A stretch of 35,207 nt of DNA from the IMG/VR virus record IMGVR_UViG_3300045454_000087. One strand, given 5' to 3'. Below, piece after piece: positions 22,358 through 30,733 of this stretch (positions are counted from its first letter, which is position 1; each line of letters begins with the position of its first letter). The notes beneath the pieces were generated by a model. The model saw nothing but the letters and a program-made list of their open reading frames with translations, did no database searches and was not told where the DNA came from. A program made the translations under genes and the position numbers. Source of the stretch: a virus.

Positions 22358-23242
22358 TTATCCCTTCGATAAATAAAATATCGCCTCACGATTGGTAATG
22401 CCGTAAAGCCGGGAGTAAAGATTGATCACATCTAATGGTTTCGAAGTGCAACCGGCATAGCAGCCGCAAATCCCACGATGGATATCGATCCAAAAAGACG
22501 GATTATGGTCATCATGAAAAGGGCACTTATCCACATACCAACGGCTATTGCTCGAAGTGCTTTCAGCTTGCGGAAAGAACTCCAAAAGGGAATGTTTCTC
22601 ACGCGCCTGGTCAACGAGCGCACGAGTGGGATCAGGCACACGTTCCGCAGAAGCCCACGGATCGGAATTTGGAACTTGAACAGTATTAGCAAAAAATGCC
22701 GGTAGATACTCAGTATTGGAGAGGAGCAGAGATGCTGGGATGATATCGGATAAAGCCTCTGCCATAACAATATGGTTGTTAGGATTTATGGGCTGATAGT
22801 TAATTCCGGACGGGTGCACTGAAGGCGGTATAAGCACATAACCATTTCTGGCCTTAATATCGATTCCGGGCAGTTTTCGGTTTTGATCTGCCTGGGGTAA
22901 ATAGACATAGATGTGGATGCCTCTTGCTGTTTTGACCTGGTATGTTCGTTCGGCAATAAATTGGGAGATGCCACCACGTTTAGAGGTCCACAATAGCCAG
23001 TGGGTATATGTAGAAAGGTTATCAAAATCGATCACGACTAGATTATTCCAGCCAACTATGAGACCGATATTATGTAAATTTCCGGTGAACCACCGTTGTA
23101 ACTCAGTATAAGAGGGGAGCCGTGTTTTGAAATCGTGCCAATTTAAATCCGGTTTTTTGTCCCGGAATTTAATAGGGATGGTTGCGATTCCGATATTTTT
23201 CCAAAAAAGAGCTGTTTCAAGAATGGTTGTCATGATTTTCAC
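22358..23242 (-). CDS. Bifunctional primase-polymerase (prim-pol) with C-terminal CHC2 zinc finger
   Basis: GIATIPIKFRDKKP...LVVIDFD...TARGIHIYVYL...GYVLIPPSVHPSGINYQ (prim-pol N-terminal domain pattern). C-terminal CPFHDDHNPSFWI...CGCYAGC. Confidence 0.8.
   Translation of the reverse strand: MKIMTTILETALFWKNIGIATIPIKFRDKKPDLNWHDFKTRLPSYTELQRWFTGNLHNIGLIVGWNNLVVIDFDNLSTYTHWLLWTSKRGGISQFIAERTYQVKTARGIHIYVYLPQADQNRKLPGIDIKARNGYVLIPPSVHPSGINYQPINPNNHIVMAEALSDIIPASLLLSNTEYLPAFFANTVQVPNSDPWASAERVPDPTRALVDQAREKHSLLEFFPQAESTSSNSRWYVDKCPFHDDHNPSFWIDIHRGICGCYAGCTSKPLDVINLYSRLYGITNREAIFYLSKG
22706..22716. repeat. Iterated palindrome ATACTSAGTAT, perfect copy
   Basis: ATACTCAGTAT followed by TGGAGAGGAG. 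It lies in the prim-pol gene (NTEYL). Confidence 0.95.
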
Positions 23243-23281
23243 TTATCAAAAAGCCTAACTTTCTTTCATCGTGAAAGAATG

Positions 23282-23547
23282 TGTACCAACTGTACCAACC
23301 TGTCCAACCTTTTCCTATAAATTTATAAATTACTACTGTTACTAGAACATAATTTACAGCTTTAACAGCATTTAGGTTGGACGGTTGGTACAGTAAGGTA
23401 TAATTTGAGGCATAATTTTTTTATCATTCTTTAACATTACTCTGGTGGAAACCCTTTTTTTGCTCATTATTTTCTAGAAAAAACCTGTACCAACCTGCGC
23501 ATAGCCAGACCCAACTTTCGCATAGCCAGACCCAACCTGTACCAACC
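23282..23547. repeat. Iteron cluster (putative origin / operator region) followed by an AT-rich tract to 23812
   Basis: TGTACCAAC(C) at 23282, 23291, 23486 and 23538. Variant TGTCCAACC at 23301. Inverted GGTTGGACGGTTGGTACAG at 23375-23393. An 18-bp direct repeat CGCATAGCCAGACCCAAC at 23498-23515 and 23519-23536 (21-bp period). DNA of roughly 75 percent AT spans 23630-23800. Confidence 0.6.
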
Positions 23548-23812
23548 TTGAAAAACAACTGTTCTAAAAAAGCAATAATTACGGTAATTACACCTTCGAG
23601 TATGCTAAAATAGCGCAATTTCTTCATAGAATATTAGTAAAATATAACCAAAGTAATAAAATCATAACCGAATAGATAGCAAAAACAAATAAATATTGCA
23701 TAATTAGAACAGTAAATAACAAAATCGTGTTATTTAAGTTATGTAATTGATATAAATGTGCAAAATATTGGCAAAATGCAAATAAAATATGCATGGCGAT
23801 CCTTTTTTTGAC

Positions 23813-25471
23813 CTATGGCACCACAATCGGAGCTATTTTGATACCGGCATAACCCCAAGCTCGTTGACCCAAACTATTCGTCCTTTTACGCCTCTGCAAA
23901 CCTAATTTTGTAGCTACCGCTGCTAACGCCATAGCATTCCCGCGGCTGTTTCCCTTCAAATTGCCCTCCGTTGGATTTTCAAGAACAGAAAGAATATCCG
24001 TTGTAGCTGTCCATTTTGTCTGATCCGCCGGATCAATGATGAAATATTTCATCAGCAGATTTTCGATCGGGTCGATAACCCCGTAATATTCGGCAATTTC
24101 ATTTGCTTTTATCTGTTCATCCGGAGCAATGCGATAATCTTCTTTGGCCAGGTACGCCGCCATTGCCTCCGCCCAAAGAAGACCGGGATCGAGCCCTGCA
24201 TATCCCCAATCAATACTGAGTATGTTACTGACGAGAAAACGGCGATTGCCGGTTGGATCAGAAAAAATGCCGGTGCTGTTGTTGATGGTGCCAATAAAAC
24301 TTGCCATTGCCGGCTTTATGATATCCACCCGCCCATAAGGTTTTCTGACCGTAATTTTTCGAGTAGTCAAAAACGACTTCAGCGCCTCATAATCCGCTTT
24401 GCGGGTAGTCGCACCGAGCTCTGATACCTCCCAAATCCAATATCTGGCCAATCGAATGATGCAATCTTTATTGTTCGGATCGATCGAGCCTTCGGTAAAA
24501 TAAGCGGGCAGCGGTTTCGCCAGCCAGCGTACAAATTCACTTTTGCCAATGCCCTGTTTTCCATCCAATATCAACATCGGATTTTGTTGGGCCTCGAAAA
24601 CCTTTGCACATGCGCCGATTAGCCATTTTCGCAGCCATATCGAAAACATCCCGAATTCATCTGTGAAATAATCACAGAGATTTTGAATATATGGCTGACC
24701 ATCCCAGGATAGTGAAGATAAATAGTCCTTTACTGGATGATACCGATGCTTCCAGGCATAAGCTCGATATGCTTCCTCGCCGGTAGTGACCTGGTAAAAG
24801 CCGGCATCTCGCAATTGAGAACGGATAGTATCGATGTGGCCTTCTTCCAGAGGTTCCCCATTGATTTCGATCGTGTCATCACATTCGTTTAGTTTAAAGT
24901 CATAACCAAACCGCTTCAATTGGGTCAAGTAATCTTTGGTTTTGAACCGCTTCTTGTTGCCTTTTTGCTGCTCGAAATCGAGTATCTTTTTGATTTGAAC
25001 ACTTAAAGCTTTTGTCAGAGAGACTTGCACATCCCCCGAATACGCATGCAGTGAGTTTGAATATGCCGTATCGATATCAACCCCTGAAGAAACCTCCTGA
25101 AACATGTGTGTAAATATGTTTTTCCAGGGCTGCCCAATCGGAGCCGCCTGGTTAGGTGTTTGCTTCAACGCTAACCAGGTAGCAATTAATTCCATGCCCT
25201 CGATAAAATCGACTTCTTGATTGAAAACCTGCTCGAGAACCGTTGCATCCTGGGGGAGAATGCCAGAATTGATGAGCGATGTGAAAAAGTTAGTCGTCAT
25301 ACTTCGAATACTGAGTATTGGCTGTGATTTTGCATTCTGGGCAACCTTTGCGATCCGAAGTGCCAAAGCGATGCCGCGCCCAATCGTTCCAGGCGTCCGC
25401 AGCGCTTGCACTGTGAGGTGTTTCTGTTTCGATCTGGCAATACCGCTCATATAGAGCTTTGCCGACCTCAC
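23813..25471 (-). CDS. VirE-family / D5-like primase-helicase (P-loop NTPase)
   Basis: Walker A is LDGKQGIGKSEF. VirE motif: WIWEVSELGATTRKADYEALKSFLTTRKITVRKPYGRVDIIKPAMASFIGTINN...DPTGNRRFLV. Confidence 0.85.
   Translation of the reverse strand: MRSAKLYMSGIARSKQKHLTVQALRTPGTIGRGIALALRIAKVAQNAKSQPILSIRSMTTNFFTSLINSGILPQDATVLEQVFNQEVDFIEGMELIATWLALKQTPNQAAPIGQPWKNIFTHMFQEVSSGVDIDTAYSNSLHAYSGDVQVSLTKALSVQIKKILDFEQQKGNKKRFKTKDYLTQLKRFGYDFKLNECDDTIEINGEPLEEGHIDTIRSQLRDAGFYQVTTGEEAYRAYAWKHRYHPVKDYLSSLSWDGQPYIQNLCDYFTDEFGMFSIWLRKWLIGACAKVFEAQQNPMLILDGKQGIGKSEFVRWLAKPLPAYFTEGSIDPNNKDCIIRLARYWIWEVSELGATTRKADYEALKSFLTTRKITVRKPYGRVDIIKPAMASFIGTINNSTGIFSDPTGNRRFLVSNILSIDWGYAGLDPGLLWAEAMAAYLAKEDYRIAPDEQIKANEIAEYYGVIDPIENLLMKYFIIDPADQTKWTATTDILSVLENPTEGNLKGNSRGNAMALAAVATKLGLQRRKRTNSLGQRAWGYAGIKIAPIVVP
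24213..24223. repeat. Iterated palindrome ATACTSAGTAT, perfect copy
   Basis: ATACTGAGTAT, with minus-strand flank TGATTGGGGA. It lies in the VirE helicase (NILSIDWG). Confidence 0.95.
25308..25318. repeat. Iterated palindrome ATACTSAGTAT, perfect copy
   Basis: ATACTGAGTAT followed by TGGCTGTG. It lies in the VirE helicase N-terminus (PILSIR). Confidence 0.95.
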
Positions 25472-25827
25472 ACAGTTGATATACTATCATCGGCTTCCTC
25501 TAGCAGTGCAATGGCATACTGTGGAATTGAGTAACCCATAGCCTTTAATTCCCGGAGAAAGCTCGCGCACTCATCTGACGTATTACAATAAAAGGTCATT
25601 CCGTCATACGGCAATCCGATGATTTGCTGGTTTGCATTCCGGACCCATTCACGTGTTGCATCCCAATAGGCAAGCCAGGCTTTTACATCGGTTATTGGAG
25701 GCTCGATAGGTCTTGGTTGATCACTTACATATCGAATTTTGGCGATATTGATGACAAAGGCATCATAACCCTCGTATACATATACATCCGACTGATAACA
25801 ATCTGACGACCAACGGCAGTAGCTCAT
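25468..25827 (-). CDS. Hypothetical protein
   Basis: 119-aa ORF translationally coupled on both sides. No motif recognised. Confidence 0.5.
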   Translation of the reverse strand: MSYCRWSSDCYQSDVYVYEGYDAFVINIAKIRYVSDQPRPIEPPITDVKAWLAYWDATREWVRNANQQIIGLPYDGMTFYCNTSDECASFLRELKAMGYSIPQYAIALLEEADDSISTV

Positions 25828-26396
25828 GGTTTACTTCCAAGCAATAGCCGTTCGATGCCTGCTTTTAACTCTTTGGCGCGGTCGATCGTGATCGATTGCC
25901 CGCCTGTAGCCGCAGCTAATCGCTCCAGGAAGTCTCTACCTGTGGGATTTGCTTCTGGTCCGACATAAATGACATTGATTTTATTTTGAAACGTCTGAGC
26001 GATTCTGAGCGTGTTCTGGGGGTCATCCGGTTGGCCATCACTGATCAGAAAGAATTGCATTCCTGGAACATCGGCAATTTTTGCAAATGATAGTGCTTTG
26101 TCCATTCTTGTGCCGCCGTTGAAATTTACGGGCGTGCCGCTGGGACAGAATTGCACGTCGTCGCTAAAACTGATCACCGCTATCTTACCCGGCAAAGACT
26201 GCTGCAGAGCCGCCAGCTCGTCTGAGGCAACTTTATATCGGGAACGCCCACCTCTGCTATCCTTGGTTGCCATAGAGCCGGATGTATCGACAAGGATCAC
26301 ATAATCCACATTGATAAACGATTCCGCAATACTTCTGTTGTTTTGTTTGGCCAGGGATGAAATGGATCCTGGCACAATCTGATACTGAGTATTCAC
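25824..26396 (-). CDS. von Willebrand factor A (vWA) domain protein
   Basis: MIDAS motif VILVDTSGSMATKD. Downstream ...GGTRMDKAL... and ...FLISDGQPDD... match the vWA pattern. Confidence 0.75.
   Translation of the reverse strand: MNTQYQIVPGSISSLAKQNNRSIAESFINVDYVILVDTSGSMATKDSRGGRSRYKVASDELAALQQSLPGKIAVISFSDDVQFCPSGTPVNFNGGTRMDKALSFAKIADVPGMQFFLISDGQPDDPQNTLRIAQTFQNKINVIYVGPEANPTGRDFLERLAAATGGQSITIDRAKELKAGIERLLLGSKP
26382..26392. repeat. Iterated palindrome ATACTSAGTAT, perfect copy
   Basis: ATACTGAGTAT overlapping the first codons of the vWA gene (MNTQYQ). Confidence 0.95.
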
Positions 26397-26417
26397 TGTG
26401 ACCTCCTCTTGTATTTT

Positions 26418-27167
26418 TTACCTTTGCATGACGATGGTTGTTGTGTACTTTTTCATCGAATTTACGTAGCATTCACGCGAGCAGTATGACTGGTACTGAC
26501 GTTTTCGCGGCAGCCGAACGCCGCATCTACGGCAGACACTAGTCAGTACTGCGTAGCCCAACTCGCGATTGATCCGATCGACATCCGCCATGCCGCTGCG
26601 TTCGCGCTTATGCTCTGCGATTCGCTGCCGGTTGGCTTGGCGGCAGGAACGCCTATACTCCGCGAGCCGCTGCCGGTTGGCTTGGCGGCAGGAACGCCTA
26701 TACTCCGCGAGCCGCTGCCGGTTGGCTTGGCGGCAGGAACGCCTATACTCCGCGAGCCGCTGCCGGTTGGCTTGGCGGTAGGAACGCCTATACTCCGCGA
26801 TTCGCTGCCGGTTGGCCTGGTAGTAGGAGCGCTTATGCTCCGCGATTCGCTGCCGGTTGGCTTGGCGGTAGGAACGCATATACTCCGCGATTCGCTGCCG
26901 GTTGGCTTGGTAGTAGGAACGCATATACTCCGCGAGCCGCTGCCGGTTGGCTTGGTAGTAGGAACGCATATACTCCGCGAGCCGCTGCCGGTTGGCTTGG
27001 TAGTAGGAACGCATATACTCCGCGAGCCGCTGCCGGTTGGCTTGGCGGCAGGAACGCCTATACTCCGCGAGCCGCCGTTTGTTACACTCTGCGCATCGTT
27101 TCGGTCGAGGTCCATATTTGCTCGATTGGTCAAACTCTACGCCGCAATCAATACAGATCACACCCAC
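26418..27167 (-). CDS. Zinc-ribbon protein with about 10 tandem 15-aa repeats (RLAEYxRSxxQANRQ)
   Basis: N-terminal CIDCG...CAECN and C-terminal CRRCG...CSRECY flank a basic helical repeat array encoded by 45-bp repeats. Confidence 0.7.
   Translation of the reverse strand: MGVICIDCGVEFDQSSKYGPRPKRCAECNKRRLAEYRRSCRQANRQRLAEYMRSYYQANRQRLAEYMRSYYQANRQRLAEYMRSYYQANRQRIAEYMRSYRQANRQRIAEHKRSYYQANRQRIAEYRRSYRQANRQRLAEYRRSCRQANRQRLAEYRRSCRQANRQRLAEYRRSCRQANRQRIAEHKRERSGMADVDRINRELGYAVLTSVCRRCGVRLPRKRQYQSYCSRECYVNSMKKYTTTIVMQR
26613..27062. repeat. Tandem repeat, 45 bp x 10 (plus partial units at both ends), in frame within CDS 26418-27167
   Basis: Units start at 26613, 26658, 26703, 26748, 26793, 26838, 26883, 26928, 26973 and 27018. 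They are near-identical. Three variable blocks (gagccg/gattcg; cggcag/cggtag/tagtag; cct/cat) occur in a mosaic pattern. Confidence 0.95.
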
Positions 27168-27979
27168 CTCTCCACCAATTTATTAGCGCCAGCCGGCCAG
27201 CTAGTGACGAGAGTTTGGTCGCCACGAACAATATCATTCCACGCCAGTATTTTTTCAACTGTAAAGCGTCCCATTTTTTCTTGACCGTTTGCCATGATGT
27301 AGCCACAACGTAGTGGAGATCGATAACCATATCTGGTTACAGGCTGATCCTCGATCTGCTGTTTTCCCAAACTTGCAGCCATAGCCAATCCCGCATCATA
27401 TTTTCTTCGCATTTGCGGATCGCTCAGTGTTTGATAGGCATAATTGATTTGTTGAAATTGTTGCGTCGCATCGATTTCATGGCATACATCTGGATGCCAT
27501 TGTCTGGCAAGCCTGCGAAAGGCGCTCTTTAACTCATCAGCGCTGGCTTGATGACTAATCCCTAAAACGGCATATAAGGTTATTTCTTGGGTTGGTGTGG
27601 GTGGACCGGCTTCGAACCAGTCTCGTAAAACTGTTTCGGGGAAGATAACAGACCACTGTCCATCAACCATCCCATATGCCGAGCGCGTGCCATCACCTCG
27701 ATCTTTTGTGCTGCCCACGTAACGCACTTCAAGCAGCCTGATTTCAGATTTGCTAATCGCAGCGTTGATTTGAGGGAGATGTACCGATTCCCCTAAATAT
27801 TTCTGGCACCAGTTCACTAAGTAGTGTCCGTGCTTGGGGTCGATCAACCAGGCTTTGCGGTTTGCATCCCACCGGCGATCAGTATTTGGCAATGATTTAA
27901 TGAGAGCTACCAATGTCGAATTGTATGGGCTATAAAAAACGTATACTCCTTGATCAATGCTAATTTGAACACTACTCAT
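27158..27979 (-). CDS. J-domain (DnaJ-like) protein with unknown N- and C-terminal domains
   Basis: Central LYAVLGISHQASADELKSAFRRLARQWHPDV...QQINYAYQTLSDPQMRRKYD, with an intact HPD tripeptide. Confidence 0.75.
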   Translation of the reverse strand: MSSVQISIDQGVYVFYSPYNSTLVALIKSLPNTDRRWDANRKAWLIDPKHGHYLVNWCQKYLGESVHLPQINAAISKSEIRLLEVRYVGSTKDRGDGTRSAYGMVDGQWSVIFPETVLRDWFEAGPPTPTQEITLYAVLGISHQASADELKSAFRRLARQWHPDVCHEIDATQQFQQINYAYQTLSDPQMRRKYDAGLAMAASLGKQQIEDQPVTRYGYRSPLRCGYIMANGQEKMGRFTVEKILAWNDIVRGDQTLVTSWPAGANKLVERWV

Positions 27980-28012
27980 GGTTATATTCCTTCCGCAATT
28001 TATGCCGCCCTT

Positions 28013-28339
28013 TTACACGAGCTTCTTTAACATTTCTATGCAAGTTTCCAGGTTATTTTTAAGAAAGGTCAAATGAAGTTCAATTTGCTCTAGCCGGTCT
28101 TTGCGATTAATAGAGCACACATAAGCATTACCTTCCCATTCAAAAAAAGGTAAATGAACTGCGTTGTCAGCTCGCTCACCAAGCGCCGCAATTGCATGAT
28201 CTAAATACAATGGCATTGACACATTTAAAGCCAGATGTCCTAGTTCGACTTGCACATCCGCAATTTTGCGCACAAATTTAACTTCGAGCTCATGATCGAT
28301 AGACTCTGTGTTTTCTACTTCAATAGTGTTTTTAACCAT
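28013..28339 (-). CDS. Hypothetical protein
   Basis: ATG 28339 overlaps the upstream stop (tATGGTTAA), with GAGGAAAA upstream. The longer track ORF (to 28441) would overlap the Cas4-like gene by 110 nt. Confidence 0.5.
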   Translation of the reverse strand: MVKNTIEVENTESIDHELEVKFVRKIADVQVELGHLALNVSMPLYLDHAIAALGERADNAVHLPFFEWEGNAYVCSINRKDRLEQIELHLTFLKNNLETCIEMLKKLV

Positions 28340-29105
28340 ATTTTCCTCTGCAGCGCGCCCAATATCCGCAGTAATTAGAACTGCATGCCCAACTGGTCGG
28401 ATTCTCAGGATAGATGCCTGATTCGATTGCTTTCCAGACATTTCGAACCATCTGAAATAACCACATAAGTTGGCCAGGATTATGGATATGCTCGATCACT
28501 TGAAATTGTGGTGTTTTGGTCTTGACAATAACAAAATGAATAAAACGCCACTCTGGATTCTTGACGATCCCCAACTGGTTGAGCATAGCCAGGTAAAACA
28601 GCGGCTGTATTTCTGTGAGCGCCTTATCCGCAGACCAACTTGATTTGCTTGTTTTGATATCCCCAGGTATACCGTGTTCGGTAACTAAATCGATAAAGCC
28701 TGTGATCGGAATCGGAACGCCAGGCACTTTCAATGCTACTTCACGCTCGATCAGCGGCCCATTTGCATCACGCATCACCCGAACACTGAGTATCCCTTTT
28801 TGCACTTCTGAATTTGATAGTATACGAATACCTTCATTGCAATAGTGTTCCGGAGTGTTTGTCCCCCAGTCGATATTCTTGTCTTTTTCAAGCTGCTCGG
28901 TCCATTTTTGATTCCACAGGCCGATCAGGCTGTCCTGGTGGTTATTGGCAATGAATGTTTCGACTGTCCCATGCACAGCGCTGCCCATGACTAATTCCGG
29001 AGATGTGGGCGTCTTGATCTTATCGATGTATTTCATTTTCCAGGACGCGCTGCACTGAAGAAATAAACTAATACTTGAATATGAAAGGTGATCAAGCTCA
29101 AGCAT
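28332..29105 (-). CDS. Cas4/RecB-like PD-(D/E)xK exonuclease
   Basis: LSYSSISLFLQCSASW..., GSAVHGTVE, GFIDLV...GDIKTSK (D...D/E-x-K) and a C-terminal Cys cluster CSSNYCGYWARC. Confidence 0.75.
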   Translation of the reverse strand: MLELDHLSYSSISLFLQCSASWKMKYIDKIKTPTSPELVMGSAVHGTVETFIANNHQDSLIGLWNQKWTEQLEKDKNIDWGTNTPEHYCNEGIRILSNSEVQKGILSVRVMRDANGPLIEREVALKVPGVPIPITGFIDLVTEHGIPGDIKTSKSSWSADKALTEIQPLFYLAMLNQLGIVKNPEWRFIHFVIVKTKTPQFQVIEHIHNPGQLMWLFQMVRNVWKAIESGIYPENPTSWACSSNYCGYWARCRGKYG

Positions 29106-29982
29106 TGTTCACCTGCGCTGCCAATTTATTGGCTATGGCTGCCAATTCTTCATTTGTTCCAGGAATGCGTCCTTCGTTGGCCATCATCACAGCTTCAGCG
29201 CCGAACAAGTTGACCAATTGCTCCAGGGTGATCAGCGGAGTTTCTTCAGATTGGGAACTAATTGGGGTTTCCGGCATCGCATACCTAATCTCCGGACTGC
29301 CGGCATTCAGCCATTCGATTACCGGGCGTAAAAATTCGGGACCAGGGCGCTCCACAATCATATCGGCCACCGCGCTACAGCGGCTCTTAGATACATTCAT
29401 TATGTGCGCCCAATCGATATCACAAACCAAATCAAATTCATATTCCGTTCCGGGCCGCTGAACCGGAGCCATGCCCACTTTGCGAACTACGATTCGGCCT
29501 TTATCATCAGTCTCTTGCACATATTCCATGCGGGATCTCATGGTAGTAATGACATGACAGGGACTTTGCAAAATCGCATCGATCATACGGGTATGCACCG
29601 GGGTCACATGCCGCCAGGCAGACCAGGCCTCACCCAGGCGCTGTTTCATCTCTAATGCTCCGCCAGCGCCTTCCCAGGCATGACTCAGACTATCAATAAC
29701 CAATACTGAGTATCCGTGACGGCCTGCAGCATTGATCGCTTCGGTATACTTTTCGGGCGAGAACTGGAAAAGCTCGAGCACATCAAATTGCCAAGGAATT
29801 CCATCTGGAGCTTCCCCAACATATTTAGAAGCAGATCCTCGTTCCGTATCGATAAAGGCGATCTTGCCGCCATTTGCCAGGGCATGCGCAAAGCGTAAGG
29901 CCGTGTAGGTTTTACCGGATCCCGCTGGCCCATCTATCGTCATGCGTAACTTGGATTGGGTTTTGGTTGCAGTACGAAACAT
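29098..29982 (-). CDS. RecA-fold ATPase, AAA_24 / Sak4-like recombination protein
   Basis: Walker A is IDGPAGSGKTYTAL. FIDTERGS. Walker B-like VLVIDSLSHAWE. Confidence 0.7.
   Translation of the reverse strand: MFRTATKTQSKLRMTIDGPAGSGKTYTALRFAHALANGGKIAFIDTERGSASKYVGEAPDGIPWQFDVLELFQFSPEKYTEAINAAGRHGYSVLVIDSLSHAWEGAGGALEMKQRLGEAWSAWRHVTPVHTRMIDAILQSPCHVITTMRSRMEYVQETDDKGRIVVRKVGMAPVQRPGTEYEFDLVCDIDWAHIMNVSKSRCSAVADMIVERPGPEFLRPVIEWLNAGSPEIRYAMPETPISSQSEETPLITLEQLVNLFGAEAVMMANEGRIPGTNEELAAIANKLAAQVNNA
29703..29713. repeat. Iterated palindrome ATACTSAGTAT, perfect copy
   Basis: ATACTGAGTAT in the Sak4-like ATPase, in the third codon phase (GYSVLVID). Confidence 0.95.
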
Positions 29983-29983
29983 A

Positions 29984-30733
29984 TTATTGATCTCCTATTG
30001 ATACAATTTTGAGCAGTTCTGTGTCAGTTGGACCTTCATTGTCATCATCTGTGTGAAGAACCAACTGTTGATCATTCTTTAGTCCGAGCGCAGCTCGTAT
30101 TCTGGTTTTTACTCCTTGTCCAATGCCAGGTATCGAGCTGGTTGGATCGGTGAGTGCCACCAGCGACCAGGCTGCAGTACCACAATGTGACATTACGGCC
30201 TGTAGCCGTTCGATACCGATGCCCGGTAGCGATGCGACAATCGCTTCCTGAGCAGATAAAATTTTGGGAAACTTCGGAGGTGCTAACAATAACTCCGGTT
30301 TACGATCTCGGTTGCCAATACGCAAAATGGTTGATTCAAAAGCCATATCATTGGCGCAATGAACCACAAAAATGCCCATTTCCTGAATAGTAAGCAGGCT
30401 GCCCATAACCGCATCCCAGTTCCAACCGGTTTCGCCCTGGTCAGTGATAACTTTATTCCCCGGACCTCGCAGAAAATCACCAGTTACAATCAGATATGAC
30501 CAACGAGTAACCAGGAGCATTTCAGCAAGCTGAGGAAAAAGCCGGCCATCTCGCAATGTGTTGAGATAGTCGCCTGGAGTCTTGCGTTCAAAGAGCAGGA
30601 TATTTCCGTCATCGCAGGCGGCCATTACATCACCATACTCCAGGTAGGTCACCACTGTGGGGATGCCGCCAAAGGCGAGCTGCTTAATCCAGTTTGGCTC
30701 TCTTATGTCAATTAATGTCGCCACGATACTCAT
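29984..30733 (-). CDS. ERCC4 (XPF/Mus81-like) structure-specific nuclease with C-terminal HhH
   Basis: LLFERKTPGDYLNTLRDGRLFPQLAEM (ERK...D...GR...Q motif). LPGIGIERLQAV (helix-hairpin-helix). ATG 30733 forms an ATGA overlap with the HNH stop and has GGAG upstream. Confidence 0.7.
   Translation of the reverse strand: MSIVATLIDIREPNWIKQLAFGGIPTVVTYLEYGDVMAACDDGNILLFERKTPGDYLNTLRDGRLFPQLAEMLLVTRWSYLIVTGDFLRGPGNKVITDQGETGWNWDAVMGSLLTIQEMGIFVVHCANDMAFESTILRIGNRDRKPELLLAPPKFPKILSAQEAIVASLPGIGIERLQAVMSHCGTAAWSLVALTDPTSSIPGIGQGVKTRIRAALGLKNDQQLVLHTDDDNEGPTDTELLKIVSIGDQ

Noticed and set aside
23424-23627. 67-aa ORF inside the iteron region
   Set aside because: It is composed of translated iterons (VWLCESWVWLCAGW) in a non-coding, repeat-rich, AT-rich region.
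26590-27080. Possible CRISPR array, suggested by regular 45-bp periodicity
   Set aside because: The repeat units are contiguous with no spacers and lie in frame inside a 249-aa ORF with zinc-ribbon ends. No cas genes are present.
26610-27284. 224-aa plus-strand ORF and 196-aa alternative minus-frame ORF over the 45-bp repeats
   Set aside because: These are repeat-driven open frames. Only the frame with zinc ribbons at both ends and translational coupling to its neighbours is credible.
28340-28441. Longer form of ORF 28013-28441, overlapping the Cas4-like gene by 110 nt
   Set aside because: An ATG at 28339 with a good RBS and a stop/start overlap (ATGGTTAA) gives the usual coupled arrangement.
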